From contig OZ025782.1 in the NCBI GenBank assembly GCA_964019425.1, positions 1,426,001 through 1,490,000 of the forward strand: a stretch of 64,000 nt of DNA, written 5' to 3'. A program made the translations under genes and the position numbers. The stretch's first letter is position 1. Every line of letters starts with the position of its first letter. The notes beneath the pieces were generated by a model, which saw nothing but the letters and a program-made list of their open reading frames with translations, was not told the origin of the DNA and did no database searches. The stretch is from Flectonema sp. DT1601 (lineage: Eukaryota). Shown piece after piece: positions 30,501-34,978 of the stretch.

Positions 30501-31723
30501 TCAACGCACACTGCTGGAGACTTCGTCAGGTCCCAGTCACAAAGCAAGTCCGCTTCGCAGTTTCCTTCGTTGTCGTGAGCGTGGCATCCGTCTTCTACAC
30601 ATGTCGCAGGGTTTTGGCTGTCGTCCCACTTGCAGGATCCGGCCGGCTGGTGTCCCTCACACGCACCAATGTTATTATACACATGACATCCGGCGATCAA
30701 CACCTGCGTTCCGTACACGTCATCCGGGTTCATACAGAGGTCTCCAACTCCTCCCCATTCGCAAACGAATCCCTTGATGTTGTCGTGTCCGTTTGGGTAG
30801 TCGTTCCACGTACCATCTGCGTAGTAGTGCCCGTAGTCTTCTCCAGTAGTAGCACAGGTTCCCGCACACGGTCTGGACCATTCGTTCGGTTCACCAGATC
30901 TCCAGTTGGTAAACGCTCCATTGGCTATCCGAAATCCAGAACCTCTTCCGGTTCCGATCAGCATACCCTTACCACAGTCTGCTCCAGTGCACGGTGTCTT
31001 CGACTCAGGAAGTGGATATCCGAGGTCGCACGCAGAACGCTGTGGCCCAGTCACCGCTGTATTGTATGGAGGGCAACCTTCTGGACCTGTCAGCCATCTC
31101 CATTCTCCTTCCTTAGCTACGTCACCACTTCCAATCCATCCCTGACCGTGAAGCTTTTCCGAGGCGATCTTTTCTTCCTGCGCATCAGTAATTGTGATCA
31201 GGTAACCTACCAGACCAAGGATGTCTTGGCTTTTCGAAGCGCACTCGGCTTGACCCTGGTCCCAATGACACTTTCCAGCGTTCCCCTGCGCATCCACACA
31301 TCTTGAGTTGTACTCGTAAAAGTGTCCTGTTGCAGTTGAATACATCGCATGACCAAAGTTGTACGTGACACGGCGGGAAGCCCCATTTCCCGAAGATGTC
31401 TTGAATTCGATCGATGCCAAGGCCGCTGCATATTGGGAGATTGTCGCGGTCCCTGAAAGAGTCATGATACCCGTATCAGCATCAAAGTTAGCAGTAATAG
31501 GACTAGTGCAGGCAGTGCATTTTAAGGTGTCGGCTCCCTTAACATACCCTTCCTCGATGTCCATCACAGCTCCCGATATGGTTGTGCTGCAGTCGCATGC
31601 CCCGGACGTGAATGTGATTTGGTTGCAATCAACATCCGGAAACGCAGTCATTGCAACGCCCTGTTCATACTTCAGGCCGCTGCTGGCTCCTAAGATCCCT
31701 AACAACAGAACGAGTTGCCTCAT
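1..31723 (-). CDS. Giant secreted/surface multidomain protein (>10,570 aa, 3' end outside window): VWA x17, Ig-like + C-type lectin x3, EGF-like x14, many Cys-rich repeats
   Basis: ATG at 31723 gives MRQLVLLLGILGASSGLKYEQ (signal peptide). Spot translations at about 30200, 24750, 22450, 20000, 17290, 13500, 10450, 4820, 3250, 1750 and 10 are all in the same frame and give domain motifs. The ORF track lists no stop-terminated ORF in this frame below 31723, consistent with no in-frame stop. Confidence 0.95.
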   Translation of the reverse strand, partial: MRQLVLLLGILGASSGLKYEQGVAMTAFPDVDCNQITFTSGACDCSTTISGAVMDIEEGYVKGADTLKCTACTSPITANFDADTGIMTLSGTATISQYAAALASIEFKTSSGNGASRRVTYNFGHAMYSTATGHFYEYNSRCVDAQGNAGKCHWDQGQAECASKSQDILGLVGYLITITDAQEEKIASEKLHGQGWIGSGDVAKEGEWRWLTGPEGCPPYNTAVTGPQRSACDLGYPLPESKTPCTGADCGKGMLIGTGRGSGFRIANGAFTNWRSGEPNEWSRPCAGTCATTGEDYGHYYADGTWNDYPNGHDNIKGFVCEWGGVGDLCMNPDDVYGTQVLIAGCHVYNNIGACEGHQPAGSCKWDDSQNPATCVEDGCHAHDNEGNCEADLLCDWDLTKSPAVCVDAYCPSTNKARDACNADNLGPCYWNANNPAGAECQKRVCGDISDKCDCLAASPDCIWDSANNHCVDPNVQCPPVDISFLLDGSGSMDARFGSHAVGFYGMMEEMRDFLHTAELAPSSTSTYGIRASLVQFGKPGEAQTAQNSPPAPAGFVNCKPWVAVAGTTQGAALSGNYASLSNDVTFHENFFCRRWSQGKTILAPALQVAYDTFQNSGQARKKIVMIITDGALHDRDSDIRTIEDKLKNDHDAQIFGVVVRKATGHTRQDLQAEAKLKPLVSDPQDDHFLNVDLDHFKEQVLDQICDSTSVFGRGIAAGTVTVPSGCAPKGSETDCMADLNCKWDASITPSCTQSDCYPLCSETDCKAHPGCLWDNGDCKREQPGCSGKDEAQCKTDKDCLWNAMWATNKCIDDPCRVHENEQPCEAVAVEMGAPCNPPAGDPDYCFLSVCEYDPSKTPKCYPKKCLHTKEGDCNAEDGCEWVPVQTPPPPGPPSTLVEYCAEKICQYVSDTTCNADTKCQWDTALDKCVERPCVKHPDAGSCNADTACHWDTTGTPPVCTQTPCGGYPTQPACQNDDKCMWQTNANPAYCAVKTCDKYNNPKDECKCNEDPDCTWVADPNNPHCAIPSLSQCPDLDVAFVIDGSGSMWRSFGRHAHGYTALLEMLRDWVKTLPLTGEDHTVRQNSAVTGGTFRITFIQFSKANARPDEDHPTNCAIGQCTDGMLSGNLQELMGDIDWHEANYQRQWTYIHDALQDVADHTFLPQNSPPHRKHIVVIIADGGLTDINGDACSARNSCNQCPFGCDQLWQPTYPGMLDKAQQDLRKENVIVFGVVMRRFTGRTYQDDYAELRLKPLVTDPKDDHFLNLQLDEIPSQLLNVFCDPSSPIGKSLIPPVDSTHFPCATWGFKDECNADKYCEWKQPKLSKCDSPTGCPELNCRAVPSQYAGIYQCANCKLQRATVICGAGVVSAIDGTCSATHCKECCEKDCCDKDPACSWSGTPKECTRKVCEHTDKTNCEGDADSLCQWDDNTRDCSKKPCAAIFVQDACLNKTDCLWDTGVDPPVCLQIPTCDGKSQADCLADPQCVYNCSLPTECRDSRCQYTTTATCGVDSNCEWVNGACSERPCTYTAQQPCDAAGCENCKWNTRSQQCEVDKCKVHTTQNNCDQDPLCMWDGTTPCTTDYCPSFGDDIVACDHDPRCHWNTTTAPASCQPTECTVAYNTKYPPASTVDARCSSDPNCKQGSDGNGTYCEKTRCGDLTNCDCTKNPDCYWDSTTNPKCRDVHVSACPDLDVVFVLDGSGSMSARFGNHPHGYFGMVEMLRDWMQTLPLTGEDHTVGQQSSVIGGTFRLAFVQFSRTDAYWVCKNNGQGCTLGTRGCRAPAPAGTCTDGELSGDLSELNVDLDWHETNYMKSVTYMAKALEDAVHVFQGSPSHRQHVLIVITDGAMNPKEPQSSSEIPAIRQSLDNMDVITFGVVVRKSAAHTKADLDAEKTLKPITSDPHDDHFVNVPLDDMLDEVFKDFCDPAGRFGAAILAHQNQGGNTPPPATGAVVPCSKWGVKLECRADQACDWQDVVPQKCAAAEGCLNLNCLELSATQKAAGFVCENCMLAGGSVACTAGARNTASGMCVTTECEKHCLKPDCDLATGCFWDQDKCQREVCKHPAQQDCVQDDLCDWNTTKVPAECDPKDCQHFAPGPCNADDKCKWDAPTGTCNPTKPDCKEIKDEQKCLADPSGLCDWDCVSDSCINKVCLFTDQSSCENQLNVPRCEWGDGANPLCHKKRCTTTTQAECLADTACNWDGTTCSETKCYPHADEVSCNRDTDCHWDAVGCGLCAEKYCFDTHANKDSCNSDQKGVCRWDVANNKCVDKVCSDYNSNLFPNDFICPCKEDPRCIIDRSSGSAVCVDQKYSSCPDLDVVVSFDASCSMDKTFGRHPSGFDALMEVMRDWVQKVPLTGEDSTKGINSNVKGGKLRVAFNSWDTGVRVAQCPTCSCNPNSGVTKGDGIPSLSIITGTTPTVADTCGKLTGDRTQLLADLDWYEGEALRCQTKVKEAEEWAGEIFKESPASRQKVLLIITDGRIMDKDELGPAGQVLAAEGVKVFGILLRRQATATTRDLANLATLKEIVSTPKATHALSLQVDEALSIMDGFCDPNSPFGTYITQGSSSQVTSCSQIGALASCDSEKTCKWNSISLKCEDHPCFSNCNENNCTNDPNNKCLWNTNGDTCEKAVCTDYQNQLDCKANNCQWDQAKNPACFEPECDATTEDACVNLGEKCMWDTSLQPPDCVKTPCYYNKTECVADPDCQWDDVCSDPVDQKCVPKRCILDSHKTQAGCQADIFCVWSQQLTCEPAPCVNYPDEKCCDHDDSCHWDVSQAPAVCKQKYCPSTYPSAAHLDPCNADGLCMWNSTTNECVDKVCNKMEECACKEDPDCFWSGVKCADKKYGECPVMDIILLLDGSGSMSRNFGRHPHGFFALVEILRDWVKTLPLTGEPAASPTPGGPVTGGVRLGFVQFSGKNRGWPWPWSSGRSNAIETSGNTGTGGHLSGLEREINDDLDWHENNYLGKGTMIQLGLEMVGDMFDRSHKVSSRKRILIIITDGRIYDPDVLSPARQVLDQEQVQTFGIVVRRQSGHTKADTDAEKTLKPITSDPHDDHFQNLQIDEIASQVFADICDPNGVWGHLIVTSTNAPGQSGVHKPCDHYTDTHECTQDSGCVWDAASAACADSPCTAHCHNPECTADTLNLCVWNTTTGDCWKTTECAYTTKAECQKSPEKCVWDDVKKCEKEKCTPNTNLQDCLDDPDTCEWINVNGKDQCVEKKCQYPDQNTCKTDPNCDWSADACNGTAQSCKEILCTHTTAGDCTADSRCSWDATGVVGICKENLCAKYLDERCCDHKDACKWDITVTPPVCGDKKCPKIDNKNTCNNDTDCLWDDTNNKCTDLDCSKYPTRCPCDKNSKCYWKPGAGLNGQGQCVAIEFGECPTIDIAVIIDGSGSMSSTFGSHPHGFYALVEMLRDWVTKLPLNGEDATVGLNSAPNNAGVRVAFVQFSGKNYRRSEAKAASGSGTTNGRLSGVLGELDADLDFHENNYYKKGTMIEKALTMAGDIFHGSPVDGRQRVLFIFTDGRIFDEQSLAPARAELDREGVQTFGIVVRKRDQHTKADLDAEKTLKPITSDPHDDHFQNLMIDDIPDLIGSICDPNGPWGHLIVKDPPKPTTGVHHPCPDYVTETPCEQDAGCVWSDVGGLCVNSPCLLHCLEPDCRNDKGNNCTWDSQNATCSKAEDPTCPCKFDTTDAKYNEQQCNADVRCTWESNKCIYDECKTKGAGCTGVGQSCTDPNKEPCSPDDYVCECIPPSTVFPAGTPPSQQPAECRLDECVASCPTCANDTCTALGQTCNDPNPTMTHHSDWTCTCPPPSTGKATAAAADCKLDECVVDCRTCGKCTDGQTCFDPNKGATATSDWMCVCPPPSNNTQVTGQANCSIDECTLHKDICTNVGQQCVDPNPLQQGDWKCECLPPTNGTMTAGPAVCLLDECEKDCPTCEKDVCKGAPTGEQKCNDPDKTATSTGDWTCECIPPMTGVGVVAPAHCKLDECIKVCPTCANDTCSSQNQTCHDPNHDATSLSDWVCKCPPPATDIAVAAAATPCEDDECHDPNNEKVCTAAGQVCVDDDKKTRGTWECECIVPPAVAAMRGQQVPAQCEYPGECATSNDAKMKCTDLGFVCDDPNPMVAGDWVCMCAPPATGTNVTLGTPTDCVLDECVVTCPTCAQTDTSSTNVCSAEGQRCVDNNQSHTDLGDWTCECIPPQVGTPAVAAPAKCQLDECVAVCPTCAQTQQGGPSTCTAAGQTCEDPDRSVDSTSDWTCTCVNPGRGVATAKLADCVCDECRNNTICLVAGQTCYDAKKTCPPEDDFKCECPPPTSGVMTASAATCTVDECVENEATCKQVGQTCRDQNTTKLNDWECLCPPPSVGIAITQQAKCVLDECVQTCPTCAGTTCSDVGQECEDPNMTPQSTNDWLCKCQPPSTNVATGKPAKCEEDECDTNGFKCTADCRAGSLNCQQTCFDPNTTVSSKDDWRCVCPPPSSDFAIAKAAECTNDPCKHDNEQTCLADPEGCEWKDLPTPGCTRKPCLHDKQSDCAADPVCDWATGSGKAGNLANQLSFEKDVPVKPFDGLACETPGSWKNGCSCATTIGSNVLPGAIVDIEDGYYNNGKDTLTCVACKALGLTAEWHAQSGMLSISSGTAADLAKAIASIEFSTSADNTGKRRITWNYGHGFFSSHTGHYYHFFPKSTCPGGACKWSEAQDQCALGSNKILGLLGYLITITSETEDEVARKKLEGQGWMGATDRHQESTWSWVTGPEGLAGGCVYTPTTSSCDIQNEAGLPFGQGTAGNFVLRVDAATGKNMYANWAGAEPNNWSGPCPGSCATDGEDYAHFLSPSGEWNDYPGDHHHIDGYICEWGGVGEMCVAVGDATGVTDLVPGVCVEKVCVNDTETDCKANPKCEWLGGNVEPCVVAPCVENPNEKECDKDPVCHWDVTVSPSLCKEKVCNKNKDPTTCSAKDDCVWDDGANRCVDKECDPFDRCDCKAEPRCFWDTSSGAGKCVESRYGQCPTLDVVLLVDGSGSMSQNFGRHPNGFYAMMEMIRDWVKTLPLTGESHQVGINSTAPNGGMRMGVIQFSGIPISGGTAIDKAAIRTPIGVGSFGSLTGKLTELQADIDYHEANYLQAGTYINQGLGWAGDMFRASPVGRKRVLIIITDGAIKDDDKLSAARATLNQESVEVFGVVLRRQATHTAVDTAAEEKLKPITSDPHDDHFENLIIDELPATVLNGLCDPNSKWGALLMPGAAAQNQSGVHKPCPQYVDQVLCTADPGCLYSSVGLECVDSPCVQHCNQTQCTADTLNDCFWNASVVGLEGCWKNPLCSYQDAATCEKDPKCDWNQTKTDCEERICNQPTEAECDLDPKGCEWDGLQQTCVEKPCKQTNASACNSDVLCEWDACDGVTDGAQCIKKRCVAAPGNPALTEQDCNADQHCEWQSNACALKLCTHHSDERCCDKDPKCHWDLSLTPSQCSIKHCARMNQNKPACDTDPLCTFNDSSTECVDKECKNLDRCDCLAETKCFWNSLAPKQFCTETKFGQCPTLDLVLLLDGSGSMSATFGRHPHGFYGLMEMLRDWIKTLPLNGEKANVGLNSAPNTGEVRVGLIQFSGKNKRGASAGRADAKGTPAGTGTGGSLSGDFDELSTDVDWHEANFYSRGTMIQKGLQMAADVFHQSPNDGRQRVLIIITDGRIYDPEQLQAARSELDTEKVQVFGVVVRKNTQHTKADLDAENTLKPITSNPHDAHFQNLQIDEIPDKVLGDICDPNGVFGSLVLGQAAQQGAGAANPASGGVHQPCPQHLQQVGCLADPGCVWFDNSLSCGDSPCLHHCEEQNCTADAANGCAWTNGTICLREPKTGCDIYTGKPTECEAQKDCQVDKNGSTCIDKKCNRDNEQGCLADPDDCVWNNLNQKCTEPPCKETDEGKCVASQDGCVWQTTIPLNSTVSAYARGQPMVPFPTLTCTVSGTCSCSDTVKGAAVDVEEGYVKGKDVLACDQCAALGFEAEWHDIPGVLYLKSKTPKTLTEYAAALATVTFTTTSDAGSPRTITWNYGHGFLSTVTGHYYHYFSKSECLNVDPTATECHWGQAQAECESADNMILGLTGYLITITSDEEDRVAKLKLEGQGWMGAADLKDEGQWGWVVGPEGLESGCTYAAQKSGCDLSSQVGLLIGSGTGGSFAVATNSKTGKPMYTNWEAGEPNNYRGACPGSCAASGENYAHFRWPSGEWNDFPGDHQRIDGYICEWGGVGQLCVNPEDASGHVEITAGTCVEEKCKAGRKDPCVADPYCEWKDNTTECVQKKCTEYMTEIQCDKIEDCHWNPSISPAMCVEKPCAKLQDVATCEADSDCAWDKDRSKCIDKDCNKLDKCDCVDDEKCYWKVEQAPQGSCRKVTYGECPTLDVVMILDGSGSMSRNFGRHPHGFYALMEMVRDWVKTLPLSGEKAVVGINSAAGTEKLRVALVQFSGHPEFLVPSSNIVNSVAFPPVGVGAGGRLTGDLSELSDDVDWHEANYLEAGTYIEKAMVRAGSIFKTSSPVDGRKRVLIIITDGKIQDDDKLAQVVKDLEGMDVQTFGIVVRRTDQLTASDVAAEDSLKPITSDPHDDHFLNLLIDQIPDQALNGICDPNGPWGHLIVDQAATQAQQAGVHRPCPNYDNKIPCSADMGCIWSDVLIACLDSPCVKHCTENQCANSTDCRWNTTVLECFNKEVCPGILDSNACNQNDKCSWNATTNECIDTPCLHPDESSCIADSTFKCTWDTVNGTCTQTPCQAVDKTNCNQEPGCEWNEACGDASCEAIPCQHAEETECSKDVLCKWSQQSCSRRLCAVYPDEKCCNQKDGCHWDVQQAPAVCAQLPCRKFDDNVACDAERECMWKNNKCLEKDCGEFEKCDCDADPDCFFTTANGGSHCTFQRYATCPTLDVVLLLDGGASMSRAFGRHPHGFYALVEVVRDWAATLPLSGEAAGATTMPQTKAIRLAMVQFAGSTQWPSSDEKQALSSPSGTGTGGRLSGVLSEVKADADFHEGSFMGASATAQPDVRQTYLLGALQKAVSLFQTSPFDGRKRVLIIVSDGELNDKDSYTAARAALDQAQVHVFGIAVRPFGTVSADDVKTQETLLGALSDPKDQHLQSLQIDEVASALKGLCDPNHVWGKFIADSSVACTLYSSKDPCNKDDGCVWFDRTLSCGDSPCLAHCLDTNCTADQENHCVWNQTLGACRKEEICDHADTTDCENDKKCQVDPVDRQTCIGKICDHDNQQGCLADPKGPCLWDEISKTCDKQPCVYFEPVFCNNDTECTWNNDANLCEPIRCRWTQQVDCEEKDDNACEWKNNTCTFKPCKHHPDEKTCGEDDLCTWGTDCEVKYCRRYGEQGSCDQDGACMWLNDTCVDKNCGEFEVCRCRKDGDCYWDKGTCKESKFGECPTLDIVLLVDGSGSMSQSFGVHPHGFYGLMEMLKTWTSSLTLSGVPAGGSPSLDGKARVGFVQFSGIPTNKLPNGNVDGAQTSPAQVGASGRLTGLKAELDSELTWQEANYMQGGTYIASALDTAADMFKESPGSLRKKVLLIFTDGAILDDKILQPARGRLETAGVVTFGIVVRRFLAHTKLDLLAEETLKPITSQPQVDHYLNLLLSEIPEALDGLCDPNSLWGKYVVDQSQAGVHKPCQNYVDKTKCDSDPGCLYQEVLTACVDTPCIRHCLETECNNDQSNHCNWNSQEQVCYKKEICPHTNLQDCNQDPMCAWNQTVCGEKPCLHPDENSCLADTEFDCTWETGTQNCVLTPCQHTDESSCNAAGCEWDQCPGSSADDACVERLCVATAETACTADSRCDWNSGSCSAKPCVLYPGEKCCNSFDGCHWDVQQSPAVCAQLPCRKFDQNGCEGEDECMWESGKCIEKDCGKMDKCRCEGDADCFYAKSADSHCTFQRYGTCPTLDVVLLLDGGASMSRAFGRHPNGFYALVEVVKDWAATLPLSKNAAGQTPLADTKTVRLAMVQFAGSSKWLPGDARQATFSPKGTGSAGSLTGSLAEINDDAKYHMQAFLGASVVTQPATQQTYLLAGLEKAVSLFRSSPVDGRRKVLIIVTDGELVDKDAYGQAMAELDQAQVRIFGAVIRPFSTRTAVDLKAEETLKQIVTAPRAAHFQNILVDELAAALNGICEPGHVWGRYVADVSDEVLPCPTVAEKDPCNKQSHCVWFDETLSCGDSPCLKHCKEANCTADWPNQCLWEGGACMKEEVCNFPTARCEKEDKCEVAKDGTTCIGKKCEHDNEQGCLADPDPCEWNNLAQTCGNRPCTYDTIPTCEQDLNCTWNTDAKYCELKKCSPYLNKEDCLQKPTTPGLCEWVKQIAGGELCETAPCKQYSSEKECNGDVICEWDTSIAPGICNEKYCRRHCTKKGCNKATCDADAKCLTEGNSCVTKVCEKLSSDPCACHNDPDCFWIPSEQACVDTRYGTCPTLDLVVLFDGSGSMSKAFGRHPHGYFAEVEMLKTWVQGLPLSGQAAGTTSTVNRKTRVAFVQFSGVPQDSGSPVTGPIPGSALKTPSNVGTAGRLSGDATELLADLSWHEANYMGQGTYIRAGLDMAVGIFQDSPLDGRKRALFIITDGAIQDKNLLASAQAKLSSQQVEVFGIVVRRFATHTQLDSDAEEVLKPITSDPHVDHFKNVDMDELADENGPLTKMCDPATGWGSALALQPVGGEHQPCRKYEGKTSCMSDVGCVWSETLLGCVNSPCVVHCSEAACNGDLTNGCVGGWNDQEKTCYREEVCGGDNIVACESEEGCEWNATASDCSEKRCHHTTEGSCLADTETTCLWKDPATCVVMPCVNYRSQDVCQQDTENSCKWTGDNTCVQTKCAYTTEVECRVDALCDWQTSNQTCTVRPCVEYTEDKSCDADRRCHWDTSTSPGSCQLKRCAKYSDQPMCEADSGCLWENDVCVEKTCHKIPERCDCQQDPTCFWSNTGGRGRCEEQAYGKCPTLDVALVLDGSGSMSQSFGRHPHGFYAMMEMIRDWVKTLPLSGEDSTVGSKSVPSGGVRVGFVQFSGLAGSTGPTGGVVNSAQRTPPGVGTNGRLSGDLTQLQADIEWHEDNYMKQLTFIEEGLVMASNMFAQDSPVDGRRKIIIIITDGVLMDGDKLSGVKSTLKQQQVLVFGIAVRRFSARTQEDIDAEAALKPVVSAPADEHFLSLMLDEVPTEVLTGLCDPASKWGKFVAGTGSGSIGLPSGAVPCDQFPSKGVCNQEKACAWGDSAQVCGNTPCFQHCNSTQCNGDVGNHCEWNATESVCWKSKLCAHANEGDCKQDNECVWKNDTCVEKPCVHDDEDACLADPEGCTFDSLQQICSPEPCKTLKTNDDCNTMSEICEWDTHGLICKPRRCVSCGSNSTCCVEDENNKQWCEMNTTANVCQEKPCVGHADEITCHEDLVCEWDAAVAPGKCKERFCSRYGDATSCNNEPACHWDFSTCSEKKCGDYAKDSTDTDKVHCACNSNPECFWHDNVCVDVHYGACPTMDIVVLFDGSRSMAESFGRHPRGYAALLEMIRDWSLLLPLANDYGRADRNGTDYAKGLTRIAFIQFSGNENRKVNGVVKGSSLSAPTGKGRAAGRLSGYLPELTGDLDWQEKNFMGEGTFLAESFDIAAGLLSKAPNDGRKKVLMVIIDSKIEDSDQTSLAKSKLDAMGIHTVGIVIRKHHLHETSDLEAESSLKPLVTEPQETHFANYMIDELQDNVFEKWCNPSTPWGTWLVDLKTTDSHLPCDFHHNSAECNRDSGCQWDDSLVRCANTPCLQLCSEDLCTSADKDLLCKYDANDHSCGKTKVCAATNSNDCGLDPACWWPKDRCEPRPCKHITEVACISDTEDECHWVQDKCTLKKCSYTTSQDCLADTECTWDQVASVCSEKPCQHVVMDICVGDKQCKWENAKCIERPCAKYLDESSCHTNVACTWNVDSSPAYCTETYCARWTQQNDCDGDVACAWDSQQDSCMESRCDRFNGKQCECQEESGCFWSSASDECVTSLFGACPPLDVAIVFDGSGSMSQAFGRHPHGYEALTTFLKDWVKKLPLNGDSYTAKENTKATGMRVGFVQFSTPGAPRTTAGFAGTANGLLSGSLSELEKDIVYHNKNQMAGRTFVQGALEHAVEIFRASPSTRKRVLILITDGKLNDADRLKAARGSLDALSVQTFGVVIRRLNTRTQEDIDAEFALKPIVSLPTDNHFLNLKLDDLVTEVFDAICDPAKKFGALIAKREGAEHQPCAVHASAGVCLADTWCVWSESLLGCVNSPCLSFGCNENNCTAATDDFCGWDGKSCSRQPVCPTHATETPCVADTENGCQWDGSSCQEKKCNHKSEDSCSTDPVGCEWDTHDMVCTKTDCTYTNESACTQATAESCSWKAEEKLCVKDRCNSQTCETNAWCCECATHADEVTCNHDDKCHWSVDESPSICKVKYCSKFTEQGSCSTDPELKCGWDSSMNKCIDKNCTKITMPCPCNKDLGCFWDGSKNECVTGQFGGCPLMDIVIAIDSTTSMQGAFSRHPNGYYAMVEKIRDWVKSIPLSGTPGKMFRDSPTQGVRVGVVQFAAEAGAIKSPNKVGSEGHVTGDLSELLIDLDFHEK
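12990..13890 (-). other. Ig-like + C-type lectin module (third copy) in giant ORF
   Basis: Translates TGHYYHYF...HWGQAQAEC...GYLITITSDEE...GWMGAAD...YTNWEAGEPNN...EWNDF...GYICEWGG. Confidence 0.85.
14450..16710 (-). other. Two VWA domains with intervening Cys-rich repeats
   Basis: DGSGSM motifs at about 15095 and 16676, plus FGRHP and IITDG motifs. Confidence 0.85.
17100..18010 (-). other. Ig-like + C-type lectin module (second copy) in giant ORF
   Basis: TGHYYHFF...WSEAQDQC...GYLITITS...YANWAGAEPNN...EWNDY...GYICEWGG. Confidence 0.85.
18270..20585 (-). repeat. Array of 14 EGF-like modules (~55-60 aa each) in giant ORF
   Basis: 14 copies of a D(W/F/Y)xCxCxPP-type motif counted between 18291 and 20500, with DEC and CxDP(N) elements. 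Confidence 0.85.
20920..30300 (-). repeat. Six VWA domains separated by Cys-rich repeat blocks in giant ORF
   Basis: DxSxS motifs at about 21557, 23156, 24758 (DASCS), 26630, 28595 and 30260. Confidence 0.85.
30700..31670 (-). other. N-terminal Ig-like + C-type lectin module in giant ORF
   Basis: TGHFYEY...GYLITITD...NWRSGEPNEW...TWNDY...GFVCEWGG. Confidence 0.85.
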
Positions 31724-31859
31724 TCTAGTATATCGATGTGAAAAACTGCTCTCAGCGGCAATGTTTAACAGTTTTGGTTTTTCTCCTTAACTTTCAGGAT
31801 CAGAGGTTTTCCTTTCCTAAGATTTTTTTTTTTTTTTTTTACGGTTTTTTTTTTTTTTA

Positions 31860-32032
31860 GATCGTATTTACTGAGGAGGGGGGAAAATTTTGATACGATA
31901 CGAAAAGATTTATCTGGGAAGAATACTGCAGGTCTTTGCACAAAAAAATAAAAGTACTGTCACCATGAAACAGGAGGCGTTAAACATTGCCTGGTTTCTT
32001 TGGCGGAGGCCGATCGTATTTACTGAGGAGGG
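31860..32032. repeat. 21-bp direct repeat gatcgtatttactgaggaggg (31860-31880, 32012-32032) upstream of giant gene
   Basis: Exact match read from the sequence. On the minus strand each copy reads CCCTCCTCAG/TAAATACGATC, a pyrimidine tract followed by AG. Confidence 0.8.
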
Positions 32033-32599
32033 AGGAGGGGGGGGGAAATAGCATTAAAAAAAAAAAATCAACTCTCACTCAACTGACAGACTGTTTCGTT
32101 CGACAACAGTGTTTGAGGATATTTCTTATCAGCTCTACATTCTTAGGGCGAGAAACTGTAATAAATTAATGTTCTATCTCCAAGTGTTCCAATGTTGTAA
32201 TATCTGTAAGTAAATTATAGATAACAATTATTTTTATTAGATTTCAATACAAACTTTGGAACTTTGGGCACAAACACCCAAAACGATGGAAACGTACGAT
32301 TTCAGGAAAACAAAAAAAAAAGGATAACAATAAATCAAAACCACGCTAGCGAAGGACACAGTTGAGCGGAAGAGGGAGGAAGTACGACAACGAGAAGTAG
32401 TCACTCGCAGCACTTTATCAAATCCTAAATTGGATAATTGAAGAAGTGTGAAGTCTTTGTTGTTGCTGTTGTTGTCGTTGTCGTTGGTGTTTTCTTAAAA
32501 AGGAAGAATTAATCGGAAGAACCGTAAACTCGACTCCCCACCAATTGGGAATCGATAAGCAAATGAAACAGGTGTTGGTAGTCAAAGAGAAGAAAGACT

Positions 32600-34924
<2,325 letters not shown>

Positions 34925-34978
34925 AAGTAATTAGTAATTTAAAGAACGAATTAAAACAATTTCGAGTTAACAGTAATT

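Noticed and set aside
236..31790. Numerous plus-strand and off-frame ORFs in the track (up to 388 aa)
   Set aside because: They are antisense or frame shadows of the giant minus-strand ORF. Their SQ/SH/HS-rich text mirrors Cys/Trp/Asp codons, and they have no domains.
32455..32492. Degenerate (GTT/GTC)n tract
   Set aside because: Short microsatellite in the cathepsin 3' flank with no further signal
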